The translations under genes were made by a program, and so were the position numbers. The notes under the pieces are model-generated. The model was not told the DNA's origin, did not search any database, and was given only the letters and a program-made list of their open reading frames with translations. Of a DNA stretch of 64,000 bases, positions 36,136 to 49,900 are shown piece after piece. The DNA is taken from contig NW_027117348.1 of assembly GCF_038025025.1 (NCBI RefSeq), positions 806,001 through 870,000 of the forward strand, given 5' to 3'. The number at the start of each line of letters is the position of its first letter. Position 1 is the first letter of the stretch. Source of the stretch: Phyllosticta citribraziliensis (Eukaryota).

Positions 36136-37474
36136 GATAAGCGCGATGGGTGTGAGATTGAAGCACTACTGGAGCACTAATGGAGCGGGATTGGCCGTAT
36201 GGTGGACAGGTTTGATGCAGTATCCTGCGAACACGTGCAGTAGGCAAGCTCAAAAGCGATAGACTCTGCCTTAGATTGCGCTGAGCACTGTGTGATGGTA
36301 AGGCTGCATAAGGACGAAGATATGAATGAGGTCGGAATAAGCTGCGGGGACGTGCGTCGCGTGCGCACTAGCCGCGAAATGCCCGCCCGCCACTTTTGCT
36401 AGAGAAGTCTAACAACATCTACCTAACTAAATAGTCTAAGTTAGTAAAATTTATAAATTTATTCTCTTCTTATATAGTACTCTCTAGCTATATCTTTTTT
36501 AAGTACTTTTCTTATAAGAGGGCTAGCTAACTTTCTTCTTACTTCTTTAGCTACTTTATCTCTCTCTTCTACCTTCTCTCTCTATCCTCCCTATTATATA
36601 TGCGTAAAGTACCCTAACCCTAACTATAATTACTAGCTATAACTATAAGCTATATATACTAAAGTTACCTAACTTCTTAAGAGCTATAGCTACTTAGATA
36701 ATTTAACCCTAGTACCTATAGGTATAATACTAATATAATAATAGAAATAAGAATAGAGCCTCCTATACCTATAGTAGAGACTTAACTAAGTAATTAGTTT
36801 TAAGAAGTATATTACTACTAATAAGCTAGTAAACTACTATATAATATAGGATTAAGATAAGGTCTTATTCTCTTATAATACCTACCTTCCTTCTACTATA
36901 ATTCCTAAGGTAAGTTAGGTAATAGAATATAAAAGGACCTTATTATATAGATACTATAGATAACTATCTTTATTTTCTTATAATTAATACTCCTAAGTAG
37001 ACTTACTACTAATTTAACTTTTATCTTATTTATATACCCTTCTTACTTAGCTTTATCTCCTATACTTATATACTATAGTATTAGATAAATAGTTACTTAG
37101 AACTAGCCTACTAATTAGGTAACCTATTAGCTTATAATAGAAAAATAAAAATTATTAAGTTACTATATCTTTCCTTATATTAACTCTCCTATTATCTAGG
37201 AAGGTCTAAAATATCCCCTACTAAGAATACTAGGTATATATTCTAGAAATAATACCTATACTAATTAGCTAAGCCCTACTTTAAGTCTTATAGTATAAGT
37301 ATTAGTAGATACCCCTATAAGCCTAGAGGACCCCTAGATATATAGCTAGAGCTACTTTATATAAGAAGTAGAGATTAGTATATAAAGAGAATATAGGTAG
37401 TCTCCTACTCTAAAACCTCTATAGGTAATAAGGTTATATTATATAGATTAGACTAAGTTAAGAACTAGTTAACT

Positions 37475-40090
37475 ATAGCTAATCTAGAATCTAGCTATAA
37501 GAGTAGAGTAATAAGATTAACTTCTATAACTCCTCTAATTCCTTCTATATAGATAAAAGAAAACTCTAATAATCCTCTTTTAGAACTAGAGGAGAACCTT
37601 ATCTTTCTATCCTAGATATATAAAGTTAGTTTATCTAATCTAAAGCTACTTAAAGTAGTAATAGAATAGGAGCTATATAAAGAGATTATTCCTAAGCTAT
37701 TTAATAAACTCTTAAAACCTAATAAGGCTAATAAGAGTTAGTATAATAAAACTTATAAGACTAAGATTATTAAATTACTCCTTAATAAGAAATACTAAGT
37801 AGCTACTATAGAAGGAGTAATCTCCTATTATAGATAGTTTATAGACTATTATAGAAATAAGATTTTAGCTACTCTACTAGTTTATATAATAGATAAGATT
37901 ACTAAAGAATAAACTACCTAGGAGTACTTATCCTATAAGGAAACTATATTATTCTATAATTTAGCTTATATAACTATAAGCTAGCCTATTTAGAGGTACT
38001 ATATTAAGATCCTAGATCTATCTCTCCTTATAAATAGAAAAGTACCTAAGTACTAGGTCTAGCTCTACTAAGTTAAGAATAAAATCTAGACTAACTATAA
38101 CTAATTTATCTTAGATAACCTAGTAGATACTAAGATAGTAATTATAATATATATTATATCTAGGACTAATAGTAAAGTAGCTAATTACCTTCTCCCCTTT
38201 TTTAATACTAAAGAAAAAGAAGAATTACTTATTACTAATACTAATTTATATACCTTTCTTAGGAATAAATTTAATAATCTCTTTAAAGGAAAGGAAGCTA
38301 AGGATAGCCTCTAATACCTCTATTTCTATATTAGTAATAACTTCTAATTATATATTACTAAATTTATAGCTCTAGCCCTTAATATAGACCTATCCTAGTT
38401 CTAATAGAAAGAAGAGTTTTATACCTCTTTAAACTCTTAATTAAAAATATATATAATACTCTATAAGGATAATAATTATATTAAGTTCTAGAACTATATT
38501 AATAAGGTATCTACTATTATATATAACCTAAAGGACTATTAAGCTTTATATATATAAGTAAGTAAATCTAAAGCTAAATAATACTAGGAAGAATATTCTA
38601 AGAAAAAAGCTAATATTAACTTAACTACTTCTAAGAAACCTAGATATATTAGGACTTTTTTATATATTACTAAGTCTAAGGAACCTAAGAAGCCTATTAA
38701 TAATAGTAAAAAAGATATCTACTATAATTATAGAAAAGAAGGATACTAGGTATAAGATTATATAGTTTCTATTAAGGAAATAGATATATAGCCTAAAGAA
38801 GAGGAGCTTATACTTAAACTAGAAGAATCTTCTAAGAGTAGTAACTTAGAAAACTTCCTTCTCTAAACTCTAGACCTACTCTAGAGATAATAATTAGGAC
38901 CCTCTAGTTTAAAGGTATAGATATTAGAATTAATAATTTTATAGAAGGATAAGCCTTTACTATACCTATTAAGATTTATAAAAATAGAAAAGCTCTCTAT
39001 ATTAAAGTACTAATTAATACTAGTACCCTTAAGACCTACTTTATCTACCTATAACTTATATAATATCTTAATATACTTAGTATACTTAGTATATATAAAT
39101 ATAAAATTACTAGGAGTATACTTAAAGCCTTAGGATTTAATAGATAAGTAGCTACTAAATTAAAATATACCTATTTCCTTACTATTACCCTTAACTAAAA
39201 AATATATAAAATATAGGCCTTTATTATAATAATTAGTTATAATAATCTTATATTTAGGAAATATTTCTTTTCTTAGAATAACCTCTTACTAAATTATAAA
39301 AAATATAAGCTTCTTAGCTAAGATAATAAGACTCTACCTATATATAAAAAAATACTTCCCCTAGTTTACTTAGTAGTATACTAATAAGGAAAAATCTTAG
39401 AAATATACTAAAAAGACCTAGAAAGAAGAGAAAAAGCCTAAAATAATATAAAAGAGAAAGTAGTTAACTTAGGAACTAACTCCTTATTTATTCCTTTAAA
39501 CTCTCTCTTTATATAAGATAAAATCTTAGAAGTCTAAGTTATTACTCTTTAAGAAGTTAATATAAGAATTTAAGAACTTACTTTACTCTAAGAAGATAAA
39601 GAAACTATATAACTCCTTAATAAATACCTTCTACCTTAGTATAAGGAATATTAAGATATCTTTTTTAAATAATAATCTAATACCTTATCCCTATACTAGC
39701 TAGGTATTAACTATAAAATTATTATTAATAGAAATAAACCCTTTTCCCTCCCTCTAAGCCTTTTATATAGAATAATAATAGAATAACTATAAGCTATAAA
39801 AAAGTATATCCTTAAAAACCTTAAAAAGGGCTTTATAGTTAAAAGTACTATACTATATATATTACTAATTCTTATAGTCTAGAAGGGAAGTAATAATTAG
39901 ATATTCTATATAGACTACTAGTATCTAAATATATATACTAAGAAAGACCTATACCCTCTACCTCTTATCTAAGAAATTCTATAAAGAATTACTAAGGGTA
40001 AAGTATATACTAAGCTAGATATTTAATAAGTATTTTACTAAATCCTTATAGACCTAGAATCCTAGGACCTTATAATCTTCTATATATAAT
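37475..40090 (+). mobile_element. Element A: RIP-degenerate Ty3/Gypsy gag, protease and RT N-terminus, interrupted by element B
   Basis: Zinc knuckle TAC TAT AAT TAT AGA AAA GAA GGA TAC TAG GTA TAA GAT TAT (CX2CX4HX4C, about 38719-38760); gag end TTAGAAAAC near 38846; protease ALIDTGA at about 39007; RT RFCIDYR..LN..TKKDLYPLPLI, YTKLDIRQAF..DLTTF, ending at 40090. The 5' LTR is probably within 36700-37300 but could not be delimited. Confidence 0.85.
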
Positions 40091-40287
40091 TATTATAGCG
40101 CCTAGCAGAGCGAATCAATATAGACTACTAATAATTAATAGGTAAGGAGTAAGAGTAGTTACTATAAAGCCTATATAGGAAGACTATCTACTCCTTATAG
40201 CTAATACTAACTATATATAGCTAGTATATAGGGAGAAAGATATTACTAAAACCTAGAAATACTAGAGATATACTAGTACGTATAATA
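40091..40287 (-). repeat. 3' LTR of element B (about 197 bp)
   Basis: Termini TATTATA...TATAATA (compatible with RIPed TGTTACA...TGTAACA), abutting the polypurine tract. No second copy in the window. Confidence 0.7.
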
Positions 40288-43200
40288 CTACCCCCCCCCC
40301 TCCTAATAAGTAATAACCTTATTATATAGTTAGGAGTCTAGCTAATAGGTAGCTATAGTCCTAGGTACCTTTTATAATACTATAGGATAATATTATATAT
40401 GGTATTAAACTCTCTATTATCTATAGTATAAAATATATAGTCTAATAGGTAATTTACCTATTAGACCCTAAATTAAAGATTACTATTAGCTAAGATCTAG
40501 TAGCTAATAATCTCTTTAACTTCCTATTTAGTATCTTTATTATTATCTTAGAGAGCTAGCCTAATAGCTAGTTATTAGCTATATAATAAATTATTACTAG
40601 TAATAATAAGATAAGAGATATTAAACTTATTATAGGTTTAAGACCTAATAGGGAGCTATAATATAGCCTAATTACTATATCTATCTAGTATATAGTATAG
40701 GCTATTATTATAGTAATCTAGGGTAGCTAGCTAGCTATAAAGTATATAAGTATACTTAGTATAGATAAAAATATACTTACCTAGCTCTACTATATAATCC
40801 TAATAATATTAGTTTACTTATATAGCTATTTACTATTATATAACTAATAGGCTTTATCTTATCTCCTCCTAAACCTATTAGATAGTTTAGGTAAGGGCCT
40901 ATATAGTTTATAACTAGAGGGAATAAGTATCTATAATTAGCCTATAGATACTATAGATAGCTACTTTAGTATTAAAATTAAATTATAGCTTATAGCTATA
41001 GTAGATATAGAAGGGAGAGTAGCTATTAAGGCTCTCTTATAGTATACTATTAGTAGTAAACTATATAATAGATAATAGTAGTTTCTAATTATCCTAATAG
41101 AACCTAATAAATTATCTTAAGTAATTCTTAAGGTCCTAGTTAGCTTATTTAGTTTATCTATTAGTTTAGGGATAATAGCTAGTAGATAGCTTTATACTAA
41201 TACTAATAATATAAGTAAGGCCCTCCTATAAGTAAGAGATAAACTAGTTACTATAGTCTAAGATAATAGAGAGAGGGAAACTATAAATAGTAAAGATATA
41301 GTCTATAAGTATATAAGCTATAGCTTTAGCTATAGTCCTATTACCTAAGGTATTTATAGTAATAAAGTAATATACTTTACTAAAATAATTATATACTACT
41401 AGGATTATATCTATATTATTACTATAGAGTAGTAGACCTATAAAATCTATAGTAATATATTACTAGGGATATAATAGGATAGGTAGAGGCTATAGCTAGC
41501 TAGAGATTATAGGGTAAGCTTTATAGATCTAGATATATAAGGGATAGTTATTAATAACTTAAGTAATTAACTAGGTAAGGTATAGAAACTAAAAATAAGG
41601 TATAAGTAGGTTATATAGCTAATTATAGCTAGGGTAGCTAGTAAGTAGCTACTTATAGATATAATAAATAAGGAGAGGTCTTAATTTAGTTAGGATAATA
41701 AGATAGCTATCTATAAAGATATTCCTATACCTATTAACTAAGAAGGGTAAGTCTAGCTTACCTACTTATCTCCTCTACCTATTTATTTTATTATTATTAG
41801 TAGTATTAGCTATAAGTAAATAATATATAAGGAATAGCTTATTATTAGGAGTAATATCTATAGGAGTAAGCTCCTAAACCTTATATATATAAATTAAAAG
41901 CTTACTATCTAGTAGTAGGATTTAGTATTATTATTAGTACTAGGGGTTATTAGTACTAGGAGTATCCTATAGATAGTAAGTAAGAATATTAGCCTTAATA
42001 TTAGTATAGCTAGGATAGTATATAATCTTAAAGTTATATTTAGAAAGGAGTTTAGCCTAGTAGACTTATTAGTATATTAGCTACTTAGTTATAGTAAAGT
42101 AGTATAGTATCTAGTAGTTAGTAAATACTATAAATAGTATTTAATAAGCCTTAAGATCTAGCTTCTATAGTTCTAAGGTATAGATAATAGCTAGGAGCTC
42201 TTTATTATAGATAGTATAATTAAGCTCTACTAGGGCTATAGTCTTAAAGTAGTAGGTAATAGGGTATAGTTAGTTATTATTACTATACTATAAGAGTAAG
42301 CTACTATTTATCTAGTTAGATAAGTCTATTTTAACTACTATCTTATAAGTAGGGTTAAAATAAGTAAGGACTAGTATAATTATAAGAGCCTTCTTAAGAC
42401 TATTAAATAACTATTATTTAGTATTAGTCTAATACTATAGAATATCCTTATAAGTAAGCTAGATAAGTAGCCTTATAATCTTACTATAGTCCTTTATAAA
42501 TTACTAGTAGAAATTAGTAGTACTAAGGAAGGACTAAACCTATTTTACTATTATAGGATACTTCTATAATATAATTATATTAACTTTAGTAGGGTCTATA
42601 TAGATACTATTAGTTAAGATAATAACTTCTAAAAACTTAGTCTCCTAGATATAGAACTTATATTTATTTATATTAACTTATAACCTATACTCCTAAAGAT
42701 AAGAAAGGACCTCTTAGATATAGTAATAGTACTCCTTAAGTATTTAGCTATAAATAAGGATATTATTAAGGTATATAGTAGTATACTTACTAAGATAGTA
42801 AAATAAATACTTATTAATTAAGTATTACTAGGTGCTAGGCCTATTAGCCCCCCTAAAGGGTATTACTAAGTACTTATAGGTACTATATTAGGTATAGAAT
42901 ATAAGTAGATCCTTAGTTTATAAGTCTATAATATAGATATAGTAGAAAGCTTACTTAATATTAAGCTTAGTAATATACTTAGCGCCTTATATCTAACTAA
43001 TTATCTTATTAAGTAATAGTAAGGGATAGTAGTCCTTTTTTATAAGTTTATTAAGCTTCTAGTAATTAATATAGAAATAAATACTACTATTAGGCTTAGC
43101 TACTAGTAAAACTAGTAAGGCTATACCTATCTTACTATACTCTAAGATACTAAGGTTAAGACCCTTCTAGATATAATACTTAATCTCTACTAACTAGATA

Positions 43201-44702
43201 TTATTAGTATAGTAGAGGGGTATATAGCTAAGGTCTTTAGGTTTAGTACTATCCTTTAATTTAATCTTAAAGTTAGTCTAAGGATAAGTATAGGGGAGTA
43301 GGTTATTATTATAGAATATACCTAATAGGTTATAATACTTATAGGGGATAGTATAATATAGGTAAAGCTTATTACTACTAGCTAGGATATAAGTAATTAG
43401 CTCTACTAAATAAAGTTTAGTATACTCTAGTTTATTAATAGGGGTAAAGATATAGACTAAGTAGGCTTTATAGCTATACTATTAATAAAGGATAGTAGTA
43501 TTAAAGGTACTAATTAGTATAATATTAGCTAAAGAGCTAGCCTAGCCCTAACTCTATTTATTAAGGTAACTTAAAGTCTCCTTAATAGAAGTAGAAACTA
43601 GTTTAGACTACTCTTAGTACTAATAATAGTATCTTAGTTAATAGAGGTACTCTAAGGGATAAGGTTTAAGATAGTAGAGGTATTATAGATTACTAACTTA
43701 TTTAGAGCTAGCTAAGAGGGATAGTAAGGTAGGTACTATAATAGAGTTAAGAGGTTTACTATAATATAAGATTTTAACTAGAGTTATAGTAGTAGGTATA
43801 GATAGTAATAATAGTAAGGTAGGAGCTAAGGATAACTAGCTATTATTCTAGAGGAAGGTTATACTTATAGTTAGTATTAGTAGTACTAAGGTTAATATAG
43901 AGGAGTCTAAGGATAAAGATAAAGTCTAAGATACTATAGTAGTAGGTAGTAAAGACTTAATTAGCCTATAGACTACCTAAGGTTTAACTAGTAGGATACC
44001 TCCTAACCTTAAATAGTCCTAGTAAGTCTTTATAGACTTTACCCCTCTAATACTTATTACTATATATTCTAAGTCTAGGATAAATCTAAACTGGCTTATA
44101 TACTCTAAGCTAATAAATAAATTATATATAGGACTAATCTAGGTAATTATTAGGAAAGTAAGTAGATTAAATAATATAGTAGTATTATAATCTACTAAAC
44201 TAAATAATAGGCTAGTAATAAGCTTATAAGTAAGATATTAGGGCTAGCTATAAGTATAGTTACTAATTATCTAGGGCTTATATAGCTGCTGCTTCTAAGT
44301 ACTAGTAGTAATAAGTTTATACTTAAGGGACTAACTTATATATAGGCTACTAGTATAACCTAAATTAATAAGGATATAGACTAGCTATAGGGGTATATTA
44401 GGATATATATAAATATATATAGTATAAGAATAGTAAGAAGAACCTATAACTCTATTCCCTAATTATATTAAATAACTAATAGCTGTCTTATAGGTACTAC
44501 CTCCTATTATAGTTTTATAGGAGGCTACTTATTTCCTAATATCTTATCTAAGGCTACTATATTACCTTTACTAATAATAGTAAATTCTAGCTCTTTAACT
44601 ATATCTATAAACTCCTTAGTAACCTCCTCTATAACTACTATACTATAAGTAAAGGCGCGTAGTTAGCTAATAGGGTCTAGGTATAGATAATCCTTAATCT
44701 AG
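40091..44702 (-). mobile_element. Element B: RIP-degenerate chromovirus, 5'-truncated (3' LTR, PPT, pol, gag C-terminus)
   Basis: Minus strand, de-RIPed: gag end TTAGGAAAT AAG TAG (about 44525-44539), protease LVDSGC (about 44360), RT YGTYEYLVMPFG (about 42860) and AYLDDILIYS (about 42765), RNase H VETDSSD and NYAIYDKELLAI, integrase STGYHPQTDGQTE (about 41170), chromodomain EWEVEEI..FRVRW (about 40440-40530). The PPT complement C10TCCT at 40291 is adjacent to the LTR. Confidence 0.9.
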
Positions 44703-45298
44703 TATAGGTAGGACTAGCTACTTACTAATATACTTACTTAGCTAGCTGAAATACTAGTACTAGAAGAGGTATAAGAGATAGTAACTAGTAGTAAATAAGT
44801 AGGCTCTATAGGATAGGAATAAAATAACTACTAAACTAACTAAAATAAGCTACTATCTAGCTGTCGCTTTATTATCTAAGTAGTATAAGATTTAGGTATA
44901 AATAATAAGTATAAATAAATAAATAACTAAGTATTTAGTAGATAATAGTTTAACTAAGTACCTAAGACTTTATTTATATAAGTAGTACCTCTTAATCAGC
45001 AGCTATAAAAGGGGGTATATAACTAGCTAATCTACTACTAAAAATACTAATAATATAAAACCTCCTATTACTACTAAAGATACTAAGTTTACTTATACTT
45101 TTATTAGCTATTATTATTACTACTAAACTATATAGAACTATATCTTCCTAGTATTCTAGAGCTACCTATAGTCTTATTTTCTTACTAGCCTAATCTTCTA
45201 CTTATATCTAAGCTAAAACCGCGGCTAAGAATAAGAATAATAACTGCTAAAAGTAACCCTTAAAAGCTATAAAAACTATACTAGCTAGTAGTACTATA
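44703..45298 (-). repeat. LTR of element C (left copy)
   Basis: Near-identical to 60460-61055 apart from mostly transition differences. Confidence 0.93.
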
Positions 45299-45523
45299 TA
45301 TAGGGGGGTACTCCTTATTTTACTATCCCCTAGTAAGTAAGAAGAAATAAGGATAAAAGGTAAGAGAGAGAGTATAAGCTATAGTCTATAGGAGGCTAGA
45401 TTAGAGTAGCTAATTAGTATACTACTTACCTAGGTTATATATACTCCTATAAATAGGGCTAGTAGGTAAGATATTATCCTAGTCCTTATTCTTACTATAC
45501 TTATTATAGTGCTAGATACCTAT

Positions 45524-46940
45524 TATAATAACCTTTATTTAAGAAGGTTTACTAGATCAGGAGCTTTCTAGGTAACTTTTAGATAAGCTTAATATATAAG
45601 CTTATAGAATAGAACTAGATAATTTAAATGGTATATTTCCTATCCTAATCTAGTAACTTATTAGTAAGATATTTAAAAGAGAAGGAAATACTTAAATAAT
45701 ATATCCCTATAGAAAATTACCTAGTAGATAGATAAACTTTAGAACTTCTAGATAAATACTATAGCCTCTAAGGTATTATATAATAATACTCCTTAGGCTT
45801 AGTTACCTTCTAATCTATCTTAATATATAGGTCCTTCCTATATAAAGACCTAGCTAGGACCTCCCTACCTACCTAATAGGGACTAGGATACTAAAAACCT
45901 TATACTTAGGTTCTATACTTCTATATAGTAGAAGTCTAGAATATCTTTTAGAATTACTATATCTTAACTAGTTATTAAGTTATTATAGTTAGAAGTTATT
46001 AGGAAGAATAATCTACCTAATAACTTTACTTTAATTAGGGAATCCTTACTTCCCTTAATATCTAATTAAAACTAGGTTTTATTAGAGAGTTAGTTTTACT
46101 TTAGATATAGTCTCTATATAATTATATAGGTAGTAGATAACTACTATATAATTATATAGGAAGAAAGATCCTTTCTATAATTTTTATTAGGTACTAGGCT
46201 AGTATATTTTATTAGTAGTTAAGGAAACTACTAATTAGTAAAGTACCTTCTTTCTAGTTATTCTAGTTATTAATTAGGTATTAGCTAACTCTCTAGTATT
46301 TTACTTTACTAGAAAGTACTTAGTTAGAGACTTCTATCTATTATTATATAATAGATACTAGTTCTCTTAGTACTAGAGAAAGGTATATAAGAAGGCCTTA
46401 AGTCCCTCTAGATAGCTTTTCTAGTAATAACTCTCTCTCTCTCTCTCTCTCTTTCTTTAACTCTTTAATTACTCTTTACTAAATTTACTCTTTTTACTTA
46501 AAAGACTTTTCTCTATCTATTTAAGATTACTAGTCTATTAAGATATATATCCTATAACCTACTAATAAATAGACTAGAAGGGTATAGAGATATCTCTCTT
46601 AGTATAGGCTTATATAGTAGTCTTCCTCTATATTAATATTAAAATAAGGCTATACCTCCTTACTTAAGTATTCTATTTTAGGGAACCTAGAGGTTATATA
46701 ACCTCTACTAGCTATAATCCTACCTTAGATACTTATATAATAATATATATTTATTATATTAAGGGGGCTAGGCCCTAGTATATAGTAATATCTACCTAGA
46801 GGCTAATTTCTCTCTAAGTAATTACTTAACTATTTAAGAATTATATAAGAAAATTAGGTACTTAGAGAAATTATCTATATATCTAAGCAGTCTTAGCTAT
46901 TAAGCCTATTTATAGGGATAGCCTAGGTAATACTATTATA
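45524..46940 (+). repeat. 5' LTR of element D (1417 bp)
   Basis: Starts TATAATAACC, ends TACTATTATA; aligns to 53374-54706 with indels. Confidence 0.92.
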
Positions 46941-49900
46941 GCTTTATTACTCCTAGAGAAGGTTCTCTAGGTTTTCTTAGACTTTTATCTATCTAAGTTT
47001 ATTAGAATATTAGATATACCTACTATATATCTATATTCTTTTTTACTTATTTAGACTATAGATCCTACTTAACCTATACTAGATTAGGCTACTATCTAGG
47101 CTAATATAGAGGCTTCTAATAATACTTATTTCTCTACTATAGAAAGAGTAGTAGAAGGTATTTAATCTAGCCTTAATAAGCTAAGGGTTTAATAAGAAAA
47201 TAATTAGGTACCTATACTATTAGTACCTCCTTAGGAAACCTTTAGTAATCTAAGAGATAAATACTATATTAAAGTATCTAAGCTAGATACTTATAATAGC
47301 TCTAGAAATAAATTAGAACCTTACTTAGCTTAGGTTTCTAATTATTTCCTATTCTTTAGCTATCTCTTTAGTAGTAAAGTAGAAAAAATTATATTTACTA
47401 CTTTCTTTCTAAGAGGATCTACCTTTAAATAGTTTAACCCTTTTAGATAGGATTTTAATAAGAAAGACTATTTCTATAGGAGAGATTCTATTAAGGACCT
47501 ATTTAATAGCTTTAATAGTTATATTAAAGCTATTTAGGAGATCTTTAGTATCTATAATAAAAAGAAAGATATAGAAAGATACCTTACTTAATTAAAATAA
47601 TAAAAAGCTACTATAGATTATACTACTTTATTCTAGTAATTAGCTACTAAAGTAGACTAGAATAAGGCTACCTTAATATACTAATATAAACTAGGATTAA
47701 AAGAAAGAATTAAAGATAAGCTTACTAGGTAAGATCCTCTCTCTTCTCTATCTAGTCTTATAGATTCTACTATTAGAATTAATAGTAGAAGCTACTAAAG
47801 ATATAAGGAGACTAGAGGAGTAAATTATTATAGTAAAGATACTTCTATAGGTTAAGGAGACTCTATAGATATAGGGGTAATATATAAAGAATATAACCTA
47901 TACTATCCTTCTAATCCTAAGGGGAAAAAGTCTTATAACTATAATAATAAGCCTAGCTATAAGAAAAGGAATAATAAGGGCTATTATTCTATAGCTTATA
48001 CTACTTATAAGGATCCCCTAGATACTATAAATAATAATAAAGAGTAAGGAAATAATTCTAAGGTAAAAAACTAGGAAAGGCTTTAATAAATAGGGTTACT
48101 AAAGCTACTACTTTACTTTTTAATAAAGGAAGTAAATCCCTAGTATCTATAAAGGAAGCTATACCTTATAGTAATACTAGTAAGAGAGGGAATAATTATA
48201 ATAGATACCTAGTTATTATAGTTTATCTAAATAGAATTAAAGCTAGAGCTTTAATAGATACTAGAGCCTAAGGAATATATATAGACTCTAAATTCTAGAG
48301 ATAGTATAATATAGCTATAAGGGATAAATTAATACCCTATAAGCTTTATACTATAGATAGAAGTCTAGTTAAAGAAGATAAAGGGTAGGTTTTACTAGAA
48401 ATTAAACCTATAGCCCTAGAATATAGAAAGACCTACTAGGAAAAAATTATACTAGATATTATTAAGATCCTAGGCTATAATTTAATACTTAGAATACCTT
48501 AGTTAAGGAAATAGGAGCCTATTTTAGACTTTAGAAAGTTTAATCCTATTACCTTTTACTCTAAAAATCTAGCTAATATCTATAACTATAGGTATAAAAA
48601 ATACCTATAATTATAAGATATTAAGCTAGAGATTATAGAGCCTAAAATATAGATATCTACTATATCCTATAAGTCTCTTAAGAAGAAAAGAAAAAATAAA
48701 GATATCTTTATTTACTAGTATAAACTAGATAAATTACCTACTCTTATAAAACTAAGGCCTATAAACTATAATTTAAAGAATATAGATATTTAAGACCCTA
48801 CTAGGCTAAATATCTAATCTAGGAAGCTACTTAAAACTATTTATAATACTAAGGAAAAAATACTCCTTAGTAAAAGAAGTAGTAAAGATAGCTCCTTAGA
48901 AAAAAGTTATATAGAAAAGGTCCCTAAGGAATATTATTAATACCTAGATTTATTTCTTAATAAAGAGGATTCTAGTACTTTACCTAAATACTAGCCTTAG
49001 GACTATAAAATTCCTATAAAAGAAGAAGAAAATCCTATATTTAGTCTTATATATTCTCTATTTAATATAGAATTAGAGGCTCTTAAGACCTATTTAGATA
49101 AGAATATAAGAAAAGGTTATATTAAACCTTCTTCTTCTCCTTATAGATCTCCTATATTATTTATACCTAAATCTAATAGTAAATTATACCTCTATATAGA
49201 CTACTATAAGCTTAATAGTATAACTATTAAGAATAGGTAGCCCCTACCTTATATAGATAAACTATAAGATAGGTTTAATAGTACTAAATATTTTACTAAG
49301 TTAGATTTAAGAGATAGGTATTATTTAATAAGGATAAAAGAAGGAGAAGAGTAGAAAACTACCTTTAAGACCTACTTTAGATTATTTAAATATTTAATAA
49401 TACCCTTTAGCCTTACTAATACTCTAGCTACTTTCTAGGTACTTATAAATAATACTCTAAAAGAATATTTAGATATCTTTATAACTACCTATCTAGATAA
49501 TATTTTAATCTACTCTAATAGTCTAGAGGAGTATAAAGAATATATATTAAAGGTTTTAGCTAAACTAGAAGAAAGAAGACTTCTAATTAAGCCTAAAAAA
49601 TATATATTCTCCTCCTAAGAAGTTAAATTCCTAGGATTTATAATAAGGCCTAATAAAGTCCTTATAGATTCTAATAAAGTAAAGTCTTTATTAGAATAGC
49701 CTACTCCTAAGACTATTAAAGAGATATAGTCCTTTCTAGGGTTCTATAACTTTTATAGAAGATTTATAAGAGACTATAATAAAATAGCTAAACCTCTTAT
49801 ATACCTTACTAAAAAAGATATACCCTTTAACTAGATTAAGGAGTAAGAAGATTCTTTAAATAAATTAAAAGAGGCTTTTATTACTACCCTAATTTTAAAG

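Noticed and set aside
36612..36623. CCCTAACCCTAA telomere-like repeat
   Set aside because: Only two units, inside RIPed DNA where CCCTAA arises readily; no telomeric array.
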